From: an uncultured Planctomycetota bacterium | GTDB lineage: Bacteria; Planctomycetota; Planctomycetia; Isosphaerales; Isosphaeraceae | Direction of reading: 5' to 3' | Assembly: GCA_963737655.1 (NCBI GenBank) | Contig: CAVTTN010000002.1 | Coordinates: forward strand, 3,104,001-3,168,000 | DNA length: 64,000 nt | Part shown: positions 49,078 through 61,232 of the stretch, one piece after another | Position numbering within the stretch: position 1 is the stretch's first letter | Layout: every line of letters begins with the position of its first letter | The notes under the pieces: model-generated | What the model saw: the letters and a program-made list of their open reading frames with translations, nothing else | Told to the model about the DNA's origin: nothing | Database searches by the model: none | Program-made: the position numbers and the translations under genes

Positions 49078-51497
49078 TCACTGCCCGTCGATCCACCGCG
49101 AGAGCGCTTCCTCGCCGGGCCGACCGGCCTCGATCTTGAGCTGCGACCCGGCATCGGCCAGGTCATAGGCGTTCACGGGCCAGGCGGAGGCGAAGCCGGA
49201 GGGCGTCCCGGCGATCCACAACGGGGCCGGCGCGACCAGGGCCGCCGCCGCCTTCGGACCTCCGAATTGCAGAACTCCCGGCAGCCGCAGCCCTTCGGGA
49301 ACGGGTTGCGAGCCGTCGCCGTAGGAGAAGCCGTCCAGGTCGACGTAGGTCCTCGCCACTCCGTCCAGCATCGGCCGGGCCAGCAGGGCGAGCGTCCCAC
49401 TCTGACCCCGGGCGACCAGGTTGACCTGCCGGACGTCTGCTCGGGCCCGGCCCAGCCGATCACCGCGGCGAGGTCGCGCATCCGCTCGGCCGCCAGGACC
49501 CGGTTGTAAGTCGCGTTGTGAACTGTGTTTGGGCGACGATCGGCCGGGTGGAGCGGGTCGAAGGACTCGCCCACGAGGAACGGGTCGAAGCCGATCACCG
49601 CGATCCCTCGATCGAGCAGGGCGCGGACCACGGGCGTCGGCCTTCCGTCGGGTCCGACCAGCGCCGCCTTGCCGCGATCTTCCGCAATCACCGCGACCCG
49701 AACGGTCGGAGCGCCCTTCGAAACCAGGACGACCGGAATTTCCCCGGGCTGGCCGACCCGTCCGACCCGAAAATGAACGATCTGGAGCCCTTCCGAACTC
49801 TCGCGGCGGACCTCGGTCTCCCGGATGGTCGTCGGCAGGCGGTCTTCCAGGCCGACCCGGACCCGTGTCGCGGTCTTCAGCCGGTCGCGAAAGGCCGCCC
49901 AGAGTGCCGGATCGTTCGCCGGGGCCATCGCCTCGATCTCGGCGCCGACCTGGCCGATCAATTCGGCCTCAAGCTCTTTCGGGGTTCGAAGATCGGACGG
50001 CGCGGGGTGGGCCGCGTCGAAGGCGAGCATCTCGACGGGCTTTTCCAGGGTCTGCGGGCCTTCCTTCGTCGCCTCGGCGTCGTCGATGCCCAACAACCGC
50101 CGGCCGAAGAACGGATAGACTGCATTGCGGCTGGTTTGATTGTAATTGTGCGGGAAATCGAACAGGAACGCTTCGAGGTCCGAGGCCCGGCCGACCTTTT
50201 CGTAGACCCCCCGGATCGCCGGAAAGACCTTCGTGAGGTTGTTCGAGGTCCAGTCGCCGGTGGCACCCACGAGGATCATCGGCCGGGGGGCGGTCAGGGC
50301 GGCGATTTCGACGTTGTCCGTCCCCAGTCTCAGGCCCGACGCATTCTCGCAGACGCAGCCGCCCTGGAACCGCTCGGACACCATGACCACCGGCGCCGAG
50401 ACCGCAATCCGCGAATCAATCGCCGTCAGCAGAAAGGTTTGTGTCGAGCCGCCCGATTCGCCCGTGCAGCCGAGGCGGGCGGCATCGACGTCGGGCAACG
50501 AGGCGAGCCAGTCGAGCGCCCGAAGGCTGTTCCAGGTCTGGAGGGTCGGCAGGCTCAGGCCCCAGAGGTCGAGTCGGTCGTTCAGGAAGGCGTGTCCGAA
50601 CGGTTTCGTGTCGTTATAACCGACCATCTCGTAATCGAAGACGACCGCGCCCAGCCTGGCCAGGCCGATGCAGCGGGCCTGGACGTCGGGATGGACCCGG
50701 CCTTCCTCGTAATGGCCGTGAGGCGACAGGATGCCGGGGCGTTTCGTCGTCGGACCGGCCGGGCGGTAGAGGTTGCCGGCGATCACGAAGCCCGGGAGCG
50801 ATTCCAGGACGACCTTTTCGATCGTGTAGCCGTCCCGGGCGACCTTGCCGTAAACCCTGGGATGCAAGGGAGTTTTGGGAGGCATGGGCCAGAGGCCCAG
50901 GGTGACCAGCAGTTGTTCGCGGAGGTCTCGAGAGCGGTCCCGCCAGGCTTCGGCGGTCTCGGGAGGCCGGAACTGGGCCCCTTCGTGGTTCGTGCGGACG
51001 GAGGTGCGGCGCAGGTCGTCGGTCGGCAGGGTCGAATCGAGCCGGCCCCGGGCGATGGCCATCGCCGCCGACGGGTCGGCGTCGGTCGCCGTGCTGAGGA
51101 AGATCATCGCGGGGACCGGCGAGGAGGCGCCGCCCGTGACCTTCTGCTTGCCGGACTGATAATTGCCGGAAATCGTCGGAGGGTCAAACGTTGCGCCCCG
51201 GACCCGGACCGTCACCGGGCGATCCGCCGACAGGGGAACCCGGCCGACGACCCGCCAGGATGGCCTGGCGTCGGCCGATCCCGGCGTCTCCTTGCCGAAG
51301 AATTCCAGGGCGTTTTCCGAGTCCGACACGCCCCACGACGGATCGCCCGGCCCCCAGACCTGGATCGTGTAGTCGCCGGAGATCGGCACGCGAACGCCCG
51401 ACCGGGCGAGCCGAGGGAGGTCGCTGGCCAGGATCAGCCGAGAGGCCGGGGCGTCTCCCGGGGCGGTCAGCGCGAGTCCGAGCAAGATGGGCAGCAT
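49078..51497 (-). CDS. Secreted acetylxylan-esterase-like alpha/beta hydrolase (frameshift near 49451)
   Basis: Signal MLPILLGLAL, GYTIEKV, PHGH, TGESGGSTQT, GGCVCEN, PHNYN; C-terminal 97-aa ORF continues in another frame. Confidence 0.8.
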
Positions 51498-51738
51498 GGG
51501 CGATCCAGGGTTGGGAGCCGGAGATCGGCCGGGTGGGGCGTTCCTGGCGATCGGCCCGGCTCTGGGTTCCGGGACGAGGCGGAAGGACGCTAATCCCTTG
51601 TGACGGCTTTCCTCGGATGGTAAGACTGGACGGGCGGGAACGAAAGCCTCTTCTCGCCCAGCTTCGGGACTTCCGGCCAAATCCTCTCCTGCCGACGATC
51701 CCCCCGCCCGGCCCATCCCTTCGCCCTCGGAGCACCTC

Positions 51739-54700
51739 ATGAATGCCCTGCGACACCTCGGGAGAGGTCGGCCGGCGGCCCTGATGGCCGTGGCCCTGGT
51801 CACGATCGCCACCCCCGCCCTGTTCTCGGCCGACGGGGAGTTCCGGCCCGACTATCGCCCGGCCGCCTATGCCATCGCCGGCGCGAAGGTCGTGCCGAGC
51901 CCGGGCCAGGTGATCGAGAACGGCACGGTGGTCGTCCGAGACGGCGTGATCGAGGCCGTGGGCAAGGCCGAGGAGGTCGCCATCCCGGCCGACGCCGAGA
52001 CGATCGAGGGCAAGGGCCTGGTGGTTTATCCCGGGTTCCTGGACATGTACACCACGCTCGGCACGCCGAGTGGGACGCAACGCTCCCTGACCGGCCCCGG
52101 CCGGACGATCCCCTACGCCGACTTCGCCCTGGCCCGCACCCCGACCGACAACCGGACCGGCATCACGCCCGAGTTCGCCGTCGGCAGCGTCCTGGAGATG
52201 CCCGACGCCACCGTCGAGGAGCGGCGGAAGCTGGGCTTCACGGACCTCGTGGCCGCCCCGGGCGGGTCGATCGCGGCCGGTCAGAGCGCGGTGGTGAGCC
52301 TCAGTGGCCTCCCCCGCCGCGAGGCCCTGCTCAAGACGCCCCTGGCCCTTCATATCCTGCTGGCCAACCCCGCCGGGTTTTCATTCTCCGAGAGCCGCGC
52401 GTGCGAGGATGAGGTCGTCCTGTTCGACGAGTTCCGGGCCGACGGGACGCCGCCGACGGCCCCCGCGCCCCCGGCCGAAGACCCGATCGAGGCCCGCCGT
52501 CGGGCGATGAGGGCGGCCGGCTATCCGATCTCGCTGATGGGCGTGATCGCCCATCTTCGCCAGGCCATGCTGGACGCCGATTACCAGCAGAAGCAGGAGG
52601 CGTATTACGCGAAGGACGGCGGCAACCGCCCCGCGCACGACCCGTCGCTCGACGCCCTGGCCGCGGCCCGCAGCAAGAAGCTGAGCGTCTGGTGGGAGGC
52701 GAACACTCGTGACGAGATCCACCGGGTCCTCGACCTGGCCGCCGAGTTCGGCACCGACGCCACCATCGTCGGCGGTCGCGAGGCCGCCAAGGTCGCCGAT
52801 CGCCTGAAGGCCCAGGAAATCCCGGTCGTCCTCCGGCTCGACTTCCCCGAGGAGCCCAAGGTCCCCTCCGAGGCCGATTTCCGGAAGAAGAACGCGGAGG
52901 GTCGCGATACTCCCCTGAAAGTCCTCCAGGAGCGTGAGAACCGCTGGAAGGAGCGGGTCGCGACGGCCTCCGCGCTCCACAAGGCGGGCGTGAAGTTCGC
53001 GTTCGGCTCGGATGGCCTGGCGAAGTCCGACACGTTCCACTCGCAGGTTCGCAAGCTGATCGCCGCCGGCCTTCCGGCCGATGCCGCCGTCGAGGCCCTC
53101 ACGCGCTCGGCGGCCGAGATCGCCGGGCTCGGCGGCAAGCTCGGGACGATCGAGAAGGGCAAGCTCGGCCACCTCGTCGTGATGACCGCCCCTTATGGCG
53201 ACGAGAAGGCCAAGCCCCGATACGTCCTGGCCGATGGCATGAAGTTCGACCTGGAAAAGACCTCCGCCGCGACCGCCAAGAAGGGCGGCGAGGGCCGAGG
53301 GGACGCCTCGAAGAAAGGCGACCCGACGTCCCCGCCGAAGAATGAGGAAGACCAGGCTACGAAGCCCGAGTCGAACAAGGTCAAGGCCGACCCGACCAAG
53401 GCCAGCCCCCCGGGACCGAAGCCCGAGCCGGGCAAGGCGGATGCCCCCGCACCGGCACCGGCGCCCGGCCCCGCGCCCGCCCCGAAGGCCGCCGACGGTG
53501 CCCCGGCTCACTCGCCGAAGGCCGCCGAACCCGCCCCGGGGCCGTTCGTGGACGTCCCCTCGGAGTTCGAGGCCGACCGCTATCCGAAATTGCGGACCGG
53601 AGGCAACGTCCTGATCAAGGACGCCACGATCCTGACCGTCTCCCGGGCCGGGACGATCGCGAAGGGGTCGATCCTCGTCCGCAACGGCAAGATCGAGGCG
53701 ATCGGCGCCGACCTGGCGGCCCCCGAGGGGTTCCAGGTCCTTGACGCGAACGGACTTGTGGCGATGCCGGGGATCATCGACACCCACTCGCACATGGCGA
53801 TCCAGGGCGGCGTGAACGAGGGGACGCTCTCGATCGTCCCCGAGGTCCGCGTGGCCGACGTCGTGGACGGCGAGGACCCGACGATCTACCGGGCCCTGGC
53901 CGGAGGGACGACCTCCGCCCGCCTCCTCCACGGCTCGGCCAACACGATCGGCGGGCAGGATGTGGTGGTGAAGCTCCGCTACGGCCTCCCGGCTCGGGAC
54001 TTGATCCTCCGGGACGAGAAGAGGCCGCAGGGCGTCAAGTTCGCCCTGGGCGAGAACGTGACCCGTCGGACGAACCGCTTCCCCTACAGCCGGATGGGCG
54101 TCGAGGCGACGATCGAGCGGGCGTTCCTCGAAGGCCGGGCCTACGCGGCCGAGAAGAAGGCCCACGACGAGGCCGAGGCCGCCGGCAAGGCCGTCGCCCC
54201 ATTCCGCCGGGACCTCCGCCTCGAAGCCCTCGCGGCGATCGTCGATGGCTCGATCAAGATCCACAGCCATTGCTATCGAAGCGACGAAATCCTCATGCTC
54301 CTCAGGACTTGCGAGCGGTTCGGGGTGCGGGTCCAGTCGCTCCAGCACGTCCTGGAAGGGTACAAGGTCGCCGCCGAGATCGCCGCCCACGGGGCCAGCG
54401 CCTCGACGTTCTCCGACTGGTGGGCCTACAAGATCGAAGCTTATGACGCCATCCCGTTCAACGCCGCCCTGCTGACCGAGGCCGGTGCCCGGGTCTGCAT
54501 CAAGAGCGACAGCGAGGAACTCGTCAGGCACCTGTACCTCGAAGCGGCGAAGATGGTGAAGTACGGCGCCGTGACCGAGGGCCAGGCCCTGGAGATGATC
54601 ACGCTCAACCCGGCCCGGGAACTCGGGTTGGAGCACCGGCTCGGGACGATCGAGGTCGGCAAGGACGCGGACATCGCCCTGTTCAACGCCCACCCGTTCG

Positions 54701-56264
54701 ACACGTTCGCCCGCTGCCAGATCAGCCTGGTGGACGGCGAGGTCCGGTTCCTCCGCAAGGAGGCCGACGGCAAGTTCGCCCCCCGTCCCGGCGACAAGGG
54801 GATGCCCGGCCCGGACCTCGCGGTTCGCACCCGGCCCCTCGACATCCCCGCGAACGCCAAGAACCTGTACGCCCTGACCGGCGCCACGATCCACCCGGTC
54901 AGCGGGGCCGACGTGCCCAACGGGACGATCGTCGTGGCCGACGGAAAGATCGCGGCCATCGGCGGTTCGGACACGCCGGTCCCGGCCGGGACGACCACGA
55001 TCGACGCTCGCGGCCTGGACGTGTGGCCGGGGATGGTCGATGCCGGCAGCGTCGTCGGCCTGTTCGAGATCGGCAGCCTCCCCGAGACGCTCGACGCCAG
55101 CGACTCGGCCCAGAGCCAGCCGGAAGTCCGCACGAGCGTGGCCATCCACCCCGATAGCGAGCTGATCCCGGTGACCCGGGCCAACGGCGTGCTCTCGGCC
55201 TACATCCAGCCCGGGGGCGGGGGCGGCCAGGGCCCCAACGGCGGCCTGATTCCCGGCCAGGGGTGCATCGCGGACCTCTCGGGCTGGGTGCCGTCGGAGA
55301 TGGTGCTCGTCGATGGCGCGGCCCTGAACGTGAACATCCCCAACTACATCCCGCCGGACCCCGAGGGCGGCCGTCGAGGCCGGTTCGGGGGAGGCGCCGG
55401 CGGCGACGATCCGAACAGCCGCCGCAAGGAACGTCTCGACGCGATCCGCGACGCCTTCCAGACGGCCGTGGCGTATGACAAGGTCGTCAGCGCCGCCAAG
55501 GCCGGCAAGGCCGCGATGCCCGCCCCCGACCCGCGAAACGCGGCCCTCGCCCCGTTCGCCAGGGGGAAAAGCTGGTGATCTTCCGCGCCGAGAGGCGGAT
55601 GGAAATCCTCGACGCCCTCAAGCTGATCGCCGACCTGAAGCTCAAGGGGGCGATCTCGGGAGCCGGCGAGGCGTGGAAGGCGATCGACGAGCTCAAGGCC
55701 GCGAAGGTGCCGGTGCTCGTCGCCGGGACCCTGCGAAGCCCGATCGATCGCCACGACCCGTACGACGCCCCTTACTCCAATCCGGCGAGGCTCCACGAGG
55801 CCGGCATCTCGTTCGCTATCCGCTCGATCGGCCAGGGGCCCGACCAGGCGACCTCGGCGAGGAACCTTCCTTATGAGGCGGGGACCGCCGTGGCGTATGG
55901 CCTGCCCGAGGCCGACGCGATCAAGGCCGTCACGATCGTCCCGGCGACGATCCTCGGCGTGGGCGACCGGCTCGGCTCCCTCGAAGTCGGCAAGAAGGCG
56001 AACCTGGTCATCACCGCCGGGCCGTTGCTCCAGGCGACGACCGACGTGAAGGCCCTGTTCATCGGCGGCAAGCCCCTGCCGCCGGAGAGCCGCCACACCA
56101 AGCTGTACGCGAAGTACCGGCAGAGGTTGGCCGAAGTCCGGGCCGGGACCGCCCCTCTGGGGCTGGAACGGACCCAGCCGACCGCGAAGGCCCCGGCCGA
56201 ACCCGCAGCCTCGCCGGTCGGCTCGGCCCCGACCCCGACCGCCGGCCCGGCCGACCGGCGATAA
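51739..56264 (+). CDS. Secreted protein of three fused amidohydrolase domains, about 1500 aa (frameshift near 55565)
   Basis: Three PGxxD motifs (PGFLDMYT, PGIIDTHSH, PGMVDAGS) and three G.IE.GK-type C-caps; 55575..56264 completes domain 3. Confidence 0.85.
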
Positions 56265-56291
56265 GGCGTTTAACCTTCGAGTGGCCTCTCC

Positions 56292-56350
56292 GTAGGGCAG
56301 GCCTTGGCCTGCCGAGATCCGCGAGGACGGCAGGCCGAGACCTGCCCTAC
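56292..56350. repeat. GTAG-type REP doublet (REPIN-like), copy 1
   Basis: GTAGGGCAGGCCTTGGCCTGCCG-agatccgcgagga-CGGCAGGCCGAGACCTGCCCTAC. Confidence 0.8.
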
Positions 56351-56373
56351 GGAGACTGGCCAGGAGGCTCTTC

Positions 56374-57195
56374 TCAGTACTCGATCCCCCGGGCGTCCAG
56401 CGCCGCCTGGAGCGCCTTGGCGGCCTCGGCGAACCGTTCGGGGCCGGTGAAACCGTGGGATTTCTCGGCCAGGAGCAGGTGGGGCTCGAGCGTGCAGAAC
56501 CCGTCGTAACCCGTCGCCACCGCCTCGGCGATCAATCGGGGGATCTGCCCGGCCCCCTGCCCCGCCGGGACATTCTTCCGGGTGACCGGGTCGAAATCCT
56601 TCACGTGGAAGTGGATCACGCGAGTCCGGAGCAGGTCCCACGCCTCGTCGATCGGTTGTCCGACTTCCAGGTAATTCGCCGGGTCGAACGCGTGGCCCAG
56701 CGCCGGCGAATCGACGGTTTCGAGGATGTCGAGCACCCTCGGGGCGATGTCGCCGTAGATCCCCCGCTCGTTTTCCAGGACCATCCGCCGGCCCCGGGCC
56801 TCGGCGGCCTGCGCTTTGGCGGCCATCCGGCGGATGACCTCGTCGCGAAACGCCGAAGGATCTTCGCCCTCGGGCAGATAGTAGCTGAAGACGCGGATAT
56901 TGGGCGTCTCGTAGAACTCGGCCAGGTCCAGGGCCTTCTCGAACCGCTCCAGGTGGGGCGGGAACGGGTCGGTGATCGGGATCTTGCCGATCGGCGAGCC
57001 GATCGCGCTCAGGCTGTAGCCTCGTTCTCGGAGGAGGTCGCGGAACTCCTCGTGCTGGCCCGGGGAGAGGTCCATCACGTTGGTCCCCCAGGCCGCCCGG
57101 AACTCGATGTGGCGGATTCCCAGGGGGTCGAGGCACTCGAACTGTTCGAGGGGGTCGGCGGCGATCTCGTCCGCGAAGGCGCTGAGGCGGATCAT
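56374..57195 (-). CDS. Sugar phosphate isomerase/epimerase family protein
   Basis: MIRLSAFADEI, IGSPIGK, IRVFSYY, LENE, FDPANY, HVKD, LEPHL. Confidence 0.85.
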   Translation of the reverse strand: MIRLSAFADEIAADPLEQFECLDPLGIRHIEFRAAWGTNVMDLSPGQHEEFRDLLRERGYSLSAIGSPIGKIPITDPFPPHLERFEKALDLAEFYETPNIRVFSYYLPEGEDPSAFRDEVIRRMAAKAQAAEARGRRMVLENERGIYGDIAPRVLDILETVDSPALGHAFDPANYLEVGQPIDEAWDLLRTRVIHFHVKDFDPVTRKNVPAGQGAGQIPRLIAEAVATGYDGFCTLEPHLLLAEKSHGFTGPERFAEAAKALQAALDARGIEY

Positions 57196-57324
57196 GGGAG
57201 AGGTCCTGGCGAGACGCGACGGGATTCCGCCGTGATCGTACCATGCTTCCGGCTTGACTTCCGGGGGCCGACATCTGACAACGGAAGACGACCGAGCAAT
57301 CGAACTCGACGAGGCATCCCCCCG

Positions 57325-57792
57325 ATGGCCGCGATCACCGGCAACATCCTGCCGTTCCTGTTCTACTGGCTGATCCTGTTCGTCACGTGTTTCAGCGTGG
57401 TCGAGTTCGGCCAGAATTACCTGTACGACGAGTCCACTCGCGGCGTCGGCTGGAAGGTGGCGATCGGCTCGGCGATCCTGAGCCTCCTGCTGACGTACAC
57501 CCGGCCCCGCTATGACGTGATGTTCACGTCGGAGATCGGCTGGACGGTGCTCCTGGCGGTCCTGTCGTTCGCGATCTTCACGCTGCTGTTCCAGTTCCAG
57601 CCGCACCACGGGGCGGCCATCGGCATCCTGTCGATGCTGCTCGTCTCGGGGATTGCCACGATGGGCGTGACCAGCCTGATCGACCCGGCCCCTCCGCTGT
57701 CGCCGACGGTCACCCGCCCGAGCAAGCCCCTCCGGCAACAGGGGACCAAGGCCGCCCCCCTGGTCCCCGTGGGCCCGCCCGTCAAGCGATGA
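57325..57792 (+). CDS. Membrane hypothetical protein (about 4 TM)
   Basis: Hydrophobic ORF MAAITGNILPFLFYW... with typical codon usage. Confidence 0.75.
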   Translation: MAAITGNILPFLFYWLILFVTCFSVVEFGQNYLYDESTRGVGWKVAIGSAILSLLLTYTRPRYDVMFTSEIGWTVLLAVLSFAIFTLLFQFQPHHGAAIGILSMLLVSGIATMGVTSLIDPAPPLSPTVTRPSKPLRQQGTKAAPLVPVGPPVKR

Positions 57793-57807
57793 CCGGCCAG
57801 TGGTGCG

Positions 57808-59037
57808 TCAGGCCGGGGTGAGCAGACGCTCCCGGAACCGATGGAGGAGCCCGGCCGACGTCTTCTCCCACGTCGATTCCCGGGCCAGGTCCCATCGGAG
57901 GTCCGCCCGGCCATCGTCCGACCCCCGGGCCACGATCCGGCCGATCGACGCCACGAACGCCTCGGGCGTCTCGGCCACGTCGAAGAGATGGGCGTACAGC
58001 CGGCATTCGGGCAGGGCCGTCGAGACCACCGGCCGGCTCGTCGCCATGTAGTCCATCACCTTCGTGGGGCAGGCGGCCCGGTTGAACGGGTGATCGACCC
58101 GGTACGGGATCAGGCAGACGTCGAACGCCGCGTTGTAGCGGCCCACGTCCGCCCTCCAGCCGATCCGGTGGACGTTGGGCCGGGCCGCCGCCTTCAAATA
58201 GTCCGAGTACCACGCCTCGCCGGGCGTCGGCGCGGGCTCCCGGCCGATCAGGACGATCGAACCCTCGGGAAATTCGCGTGCCACCCGCTCGACCAGGGGC
58301 CAATCCAGCCGATCCTCCAGCGACCCGACGAACCCGAGCAACGGCCGAGGCAATTCGGCGATGTCGGCCGGGGCGAGGGCCGGCGTCCTCTGAGGTTGCT
58401 CGGCGATCGCGGCCGACGGGGCCCCGTGCGGCAAGTGGACGATCTTGGAGGCGGCGCCCGGCTCGGCCTCGGCCAGCTCCTCCGCCCGGATCCGGGCGCA
58501 GAAGACGGACAGGTCCGCCTCGCGGACCGCCTGCCGCTCCAGGCGGCGGATCGCCTCGCCCCGAGACGCCCAGTAGAAGGCGTAGTCGTCCATGTTGTAA
58601 TACAGCAGCCAGTCCGGCCGGAGCAGGTCGCGCAGATACAGGTAATGCGGATACGAGATCGCCAGGGCCAGCGGCCTGGGGCGGTCCAGCGACCGATGCC
58701 ACTCGCGGGCGGCCCAGGCCAGCGGCCTCATCCCCAGGCGAGGGTACGTCTTCATCCAGCCCGGAGGCAGGATGAATTGCCTCTGCCAGAGCCGTTCGCC
58801 CCGGCGACTCAGGGGCGAAAGCCAGTCGCGGACCGGCCGTCTCTGGTGGAGCGCATTACGCCAGTCGCACGCCTTGATCAACAGGGTGCGGACCCCCAGA
58901 TCGGCCAGGGGGGAGAACAGCTTCTCGGTCCAGGACCACGAGGCATCGGCGACCACCAGGTCGAACCCCGGGTCATCCTCGGGCGGCGCGCTCGCCACGA
59001 GGGGCGTCCCGGCCAGGTCTCCGTGGGGTCGGTTCAT
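57808..59037 (-). CDS. GT-B glycosyltransferase (GT4/TuaH-like)
   Basis: YYNMDDY, GFVGSLEDRLD, DVCLIPY, PTKVMDYMATSRPVVST. Confidence 0.85.
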   Translation of the reverse strand: MNRPHGDLAGTPLVASAPPEDDPGFDLVVADASWSWTEKLFSPLADLGVRTLLIKACDWRNALHQRRPVRDWLSPLSRRGERLWQRQFILPPGWMKTYPRLGMRPLAWAAREWHRSLDRPRPLALAISYPHYLYLRDLLRPDWLLYYNMDDYAFYWASRGEAIRRLERQAVREADLSVFCARIRAEELAEAEPGAASKIVHLPHGAPSAAIAEQPQRTPALAPADIAELPRPLLGFVGSLEDRLDWPLVERVAREFPEGSIVLIGREPAPTPGEAWYSDYLKAAARPNVHRIGWRADVGRYNAAFDVCLIPYRVDHPFNRAACPTKVMDYMATSRPVVSTALPECRLYAHLFDVAETPEAFVASIGRIVARGSDDGRADLRWDLARESTWEKTSAGLLHRFRERLLTPA

Positions 59038-59236
59038 GCTCGGCCGAGGTGCTCACCCCGTCTCCGCCTCGCAAAGGGGCATCGAGTCCGTTCGAGGCCC
59101 GAGCGACGGCCAAGGCCGCCCGCTTCGACCCATTCGAGGCCGGGAGCCTCACTCTAGCCGGATTCCCCCACGTGTCAAGCGGATCGGGGACGGACCCAGC
59201 GCCGTTCCCCATTCCGAGAGGTCTCGGCTAGAAGCA

Positions 59237-59318
59237 TTTCGGGTGGCAAGGGTTCCGTACTCGGAGCCCGCGGGACGGCCCTCACGGGTGAAGAGGACGG
59301 AAACCATGCCACCCGAAA
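59237..59318. repeat. Inverted repeat, GGGTGGC-headed REP-like doublet
   Basis: TTTCGGGTGGCAAGGGTTCCGT (59237-59258) vs ACGGAAACCATGCCACCCGAAA (59297-59318), 20/22 complementary. Confidence 0.55.
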
Positions 59319-59459
59319 CCTTTCGGAAGATTCCTCTAGTGAGAAGGAACCGGCCCGGGAGACGGCCTGGAGATCGTGGCAGCTGTCGGCTGCCGAGCGT
59401 GGCCTTATCCTGGTAGGATGAATTGGTGTGGTCCCCACCCTCGGAATTGAGGCGACTCG

Positions 59460-61199
59460 ATGAACCCGGCGCGTTCTCTGGCCTGCGTCCTGGCGGCCCT
59501 CGTCCTCGCCGGCCCGGTCCTGGCCCAGGACTCCGGGCCGAGCGTTCCGGTGGCTCTGCGATGGCTCGGCGAGGATCGCCTGGCGGTGGCCCTTCGCGAG
59601 ACGCAATCGGTGGTCCTGGTGGACCCGGCGACCCGATCGGTGGTTTCGACCCGAAACGTCCCGCTGCGCCCGTTCTCGCTCGTCCTGCTCGGTGGTTCCC
59701 GCGTCGCCGTGGGCGGCGAAGACGGCTCGCTCGCCTTGTTCGACCTCTCGGGATCGGCGACCCCAGCTCGTCTCGAACTCGGGAGGGGGCCGGTCCAGCT
59801 CGCGGCCTTGCCCGACGGCCGGCTCGCGGTGGGCCTGCGATGGGATCACCGGGTCCTGATCGTCGATGCCCGGTCCGGCGAGGTGGTCGACCGTCACCCC
59901 CTGCCGTTTCCTCCCGGGACGCTGGTGGCATCCCCCGAGGGGCGGGTGATCGTCGCCGACGCCTTCGGCCCTCAACTGGCGGAAATCGAACCAGGGCGGA
60001 TCGGATCGGAACGATTTTTAACCTTTCCCAACCAGATGAACCTGCGAGGGCTGGCGATCTCGGGGGATGGTCGCGAGCTTTTGATGGCGCACATGGTCAA
60101 GAACGGACCGGGGCCGATCTCGAGGACCGCGATCGATTGGGGCTTGCTGATTTCGAGCAAGATGAGCGCGTTGCGGCTGACCGAGTTCGGGGTCGAGGGT
60201 CGGCCGGTGAACGTCCGGCGGCTCACGCTGGACGGCTCCCACAATGGCGCGGCCGACCCGTCGGCGATCGGGGTTTCGAACGACGGAAAGACCGTCCTGA
60301 TCGCACTTTCCGGCGCCCATCGCGTGCTCAAGATCGACCGGACGAAGGGGACGGCCGCCGCGACCGACTTGCTCCCCCTGGGCAGCAGCACGGCCATCGA
60401 GGAGATCGAGGTCGGCCGCTCGCCGGCGGACCTGGCGATCTCCCCGAGCGGTCGGCTCGCCGCCTCGGCCGATTCGATGGGCGACACAGTGACCGTGTTC
60501 GATCCCCAGACGATGCAACGGGTTGCGCAAATTTCGGTCGGACCCGAAAACGCCCGGAAGACGGCCGAGCAACGAGGAGAGGCGCTGTTCCTCGACGGCC
60601 GGCTCGCGCTGGACCGCTGGATGTCGTGCGCGACGTGCCATCCCTCGGGCCATTCGACGGGCCTGGCGTTCGACACCCTGGGCGACGGTGACAACGGCGA
60701 CCCCAAGGACACGCCCAGCCTCCTCGGCGTCGGGCCGACCGCCCCGTTCGGCTGGACCGGGCGGTTCCGCCGGCTGGAAGACCAGGTGTCCCAGTCGCTG
60801 GAATCGAGCTTGCAGGGCCACTCCGCCGACCCGGCCACCGTCGCGGACCTCGTGGCATATCTCCAATCCCTGGAAACACCTCCGCCGAAACGATCGGCCG
60901 ACGATCCCCGGGCGGTCCGGGGCCAATCGGTGTTCCAGGCGCGGAAATGCACCTCGTGCCATGTACCCCCGAGCTTCACGAGCCGGCCGTTGCGAGACGT
61001 CGGGTTCCGGGACGGCTCGGCGCGGGTCCGCTTGTACAGCCCGCCCTCGCTCCGGGGCGTGGGACGGTCCTCGCCGTACCTGCACGACGGCCGGGCCGCG
61101 ACGCTCGACGCGGTCTTGGGGCAGCATCATCCCGGTTTCGACGCCCCTCCCGAGCCGGCCGACCGAGCGGCCCTGGAAGCGTATCTTGAGTCACTTTAA
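59460..61199 (+). CDS. Secreted beta-propeller + di-heme cytochrome c (peroxidase-like) protein
   Basis: Signal peptide, YVTN-like blades, CATCH and CTSCH heme motifs, TPSLLG, PYLHDGRA. Confidence 0.85.
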   Translation: MNPARSLACVLAALVLAGPVLAQDSGPSVPVALRWLGEDRLAVALRETQSVVLVDPATRSVVSTRNVPLRPFSLVLLGGSRVAVGGEDGSLALFDLSGSATPARLELGRGPVQLAALPDGRLAVGLRWDHRVLIVDARSGEVVDRHPLPFPPGTLVASPEGRVIVADAFGPQLAEIEPGRIGSERFLTFPNQMNLRGLAISGDGRELLMAHMVKNGPGPISRTAIDWGLLISSKMSALRLTEFGVEGRPVNVRRLTLDGSHNGAADPSAIGVSNDGKTVLIALSGAHRVLKIDRTKGTAAATDLLPLGSSTAIEEIEVGRSPADLAISPSGRLAASADSMGDTVTVFDPQTMQRVAQISVGPENARKTAEQRGEALFLDGRLALDRWMSCATCHPSGHSTGLAFDTLGDGDNGDPKDTPSLLGVGPTAPFGWTGRFRRLEDQVSQSLESSLQGHSADPATVADLVAYLQSLETPPPKRSADDPRAVRGQSVFQARKCTSCHVPPSFTSRPLRDVGFRDGSARVRLYSPPSLRGVGRSSPYLHDGRAATLDAVLGQHHPGFDAPPEPADRAALEAYLESL

Positions 61200-61232
61200 G
61201 TCGTTGTGGAACGAACCTCTCGGACCTCGCCG

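Noticed and set aside
55558..55578. Programmed -1 frameshift at AGGGGGAAAAG in the amidohydrolase
   Set aside because: Not an in-frame X XXY YYZ heptamer, and the same kind of one-base loss occurs in many unrelated genes
59149..59308. Small minus-strand ORF in the GT/cytochrome spacer
   Set aside because: Overlaps an inverted repeat, has no clear RBS and shows atypical codon usage
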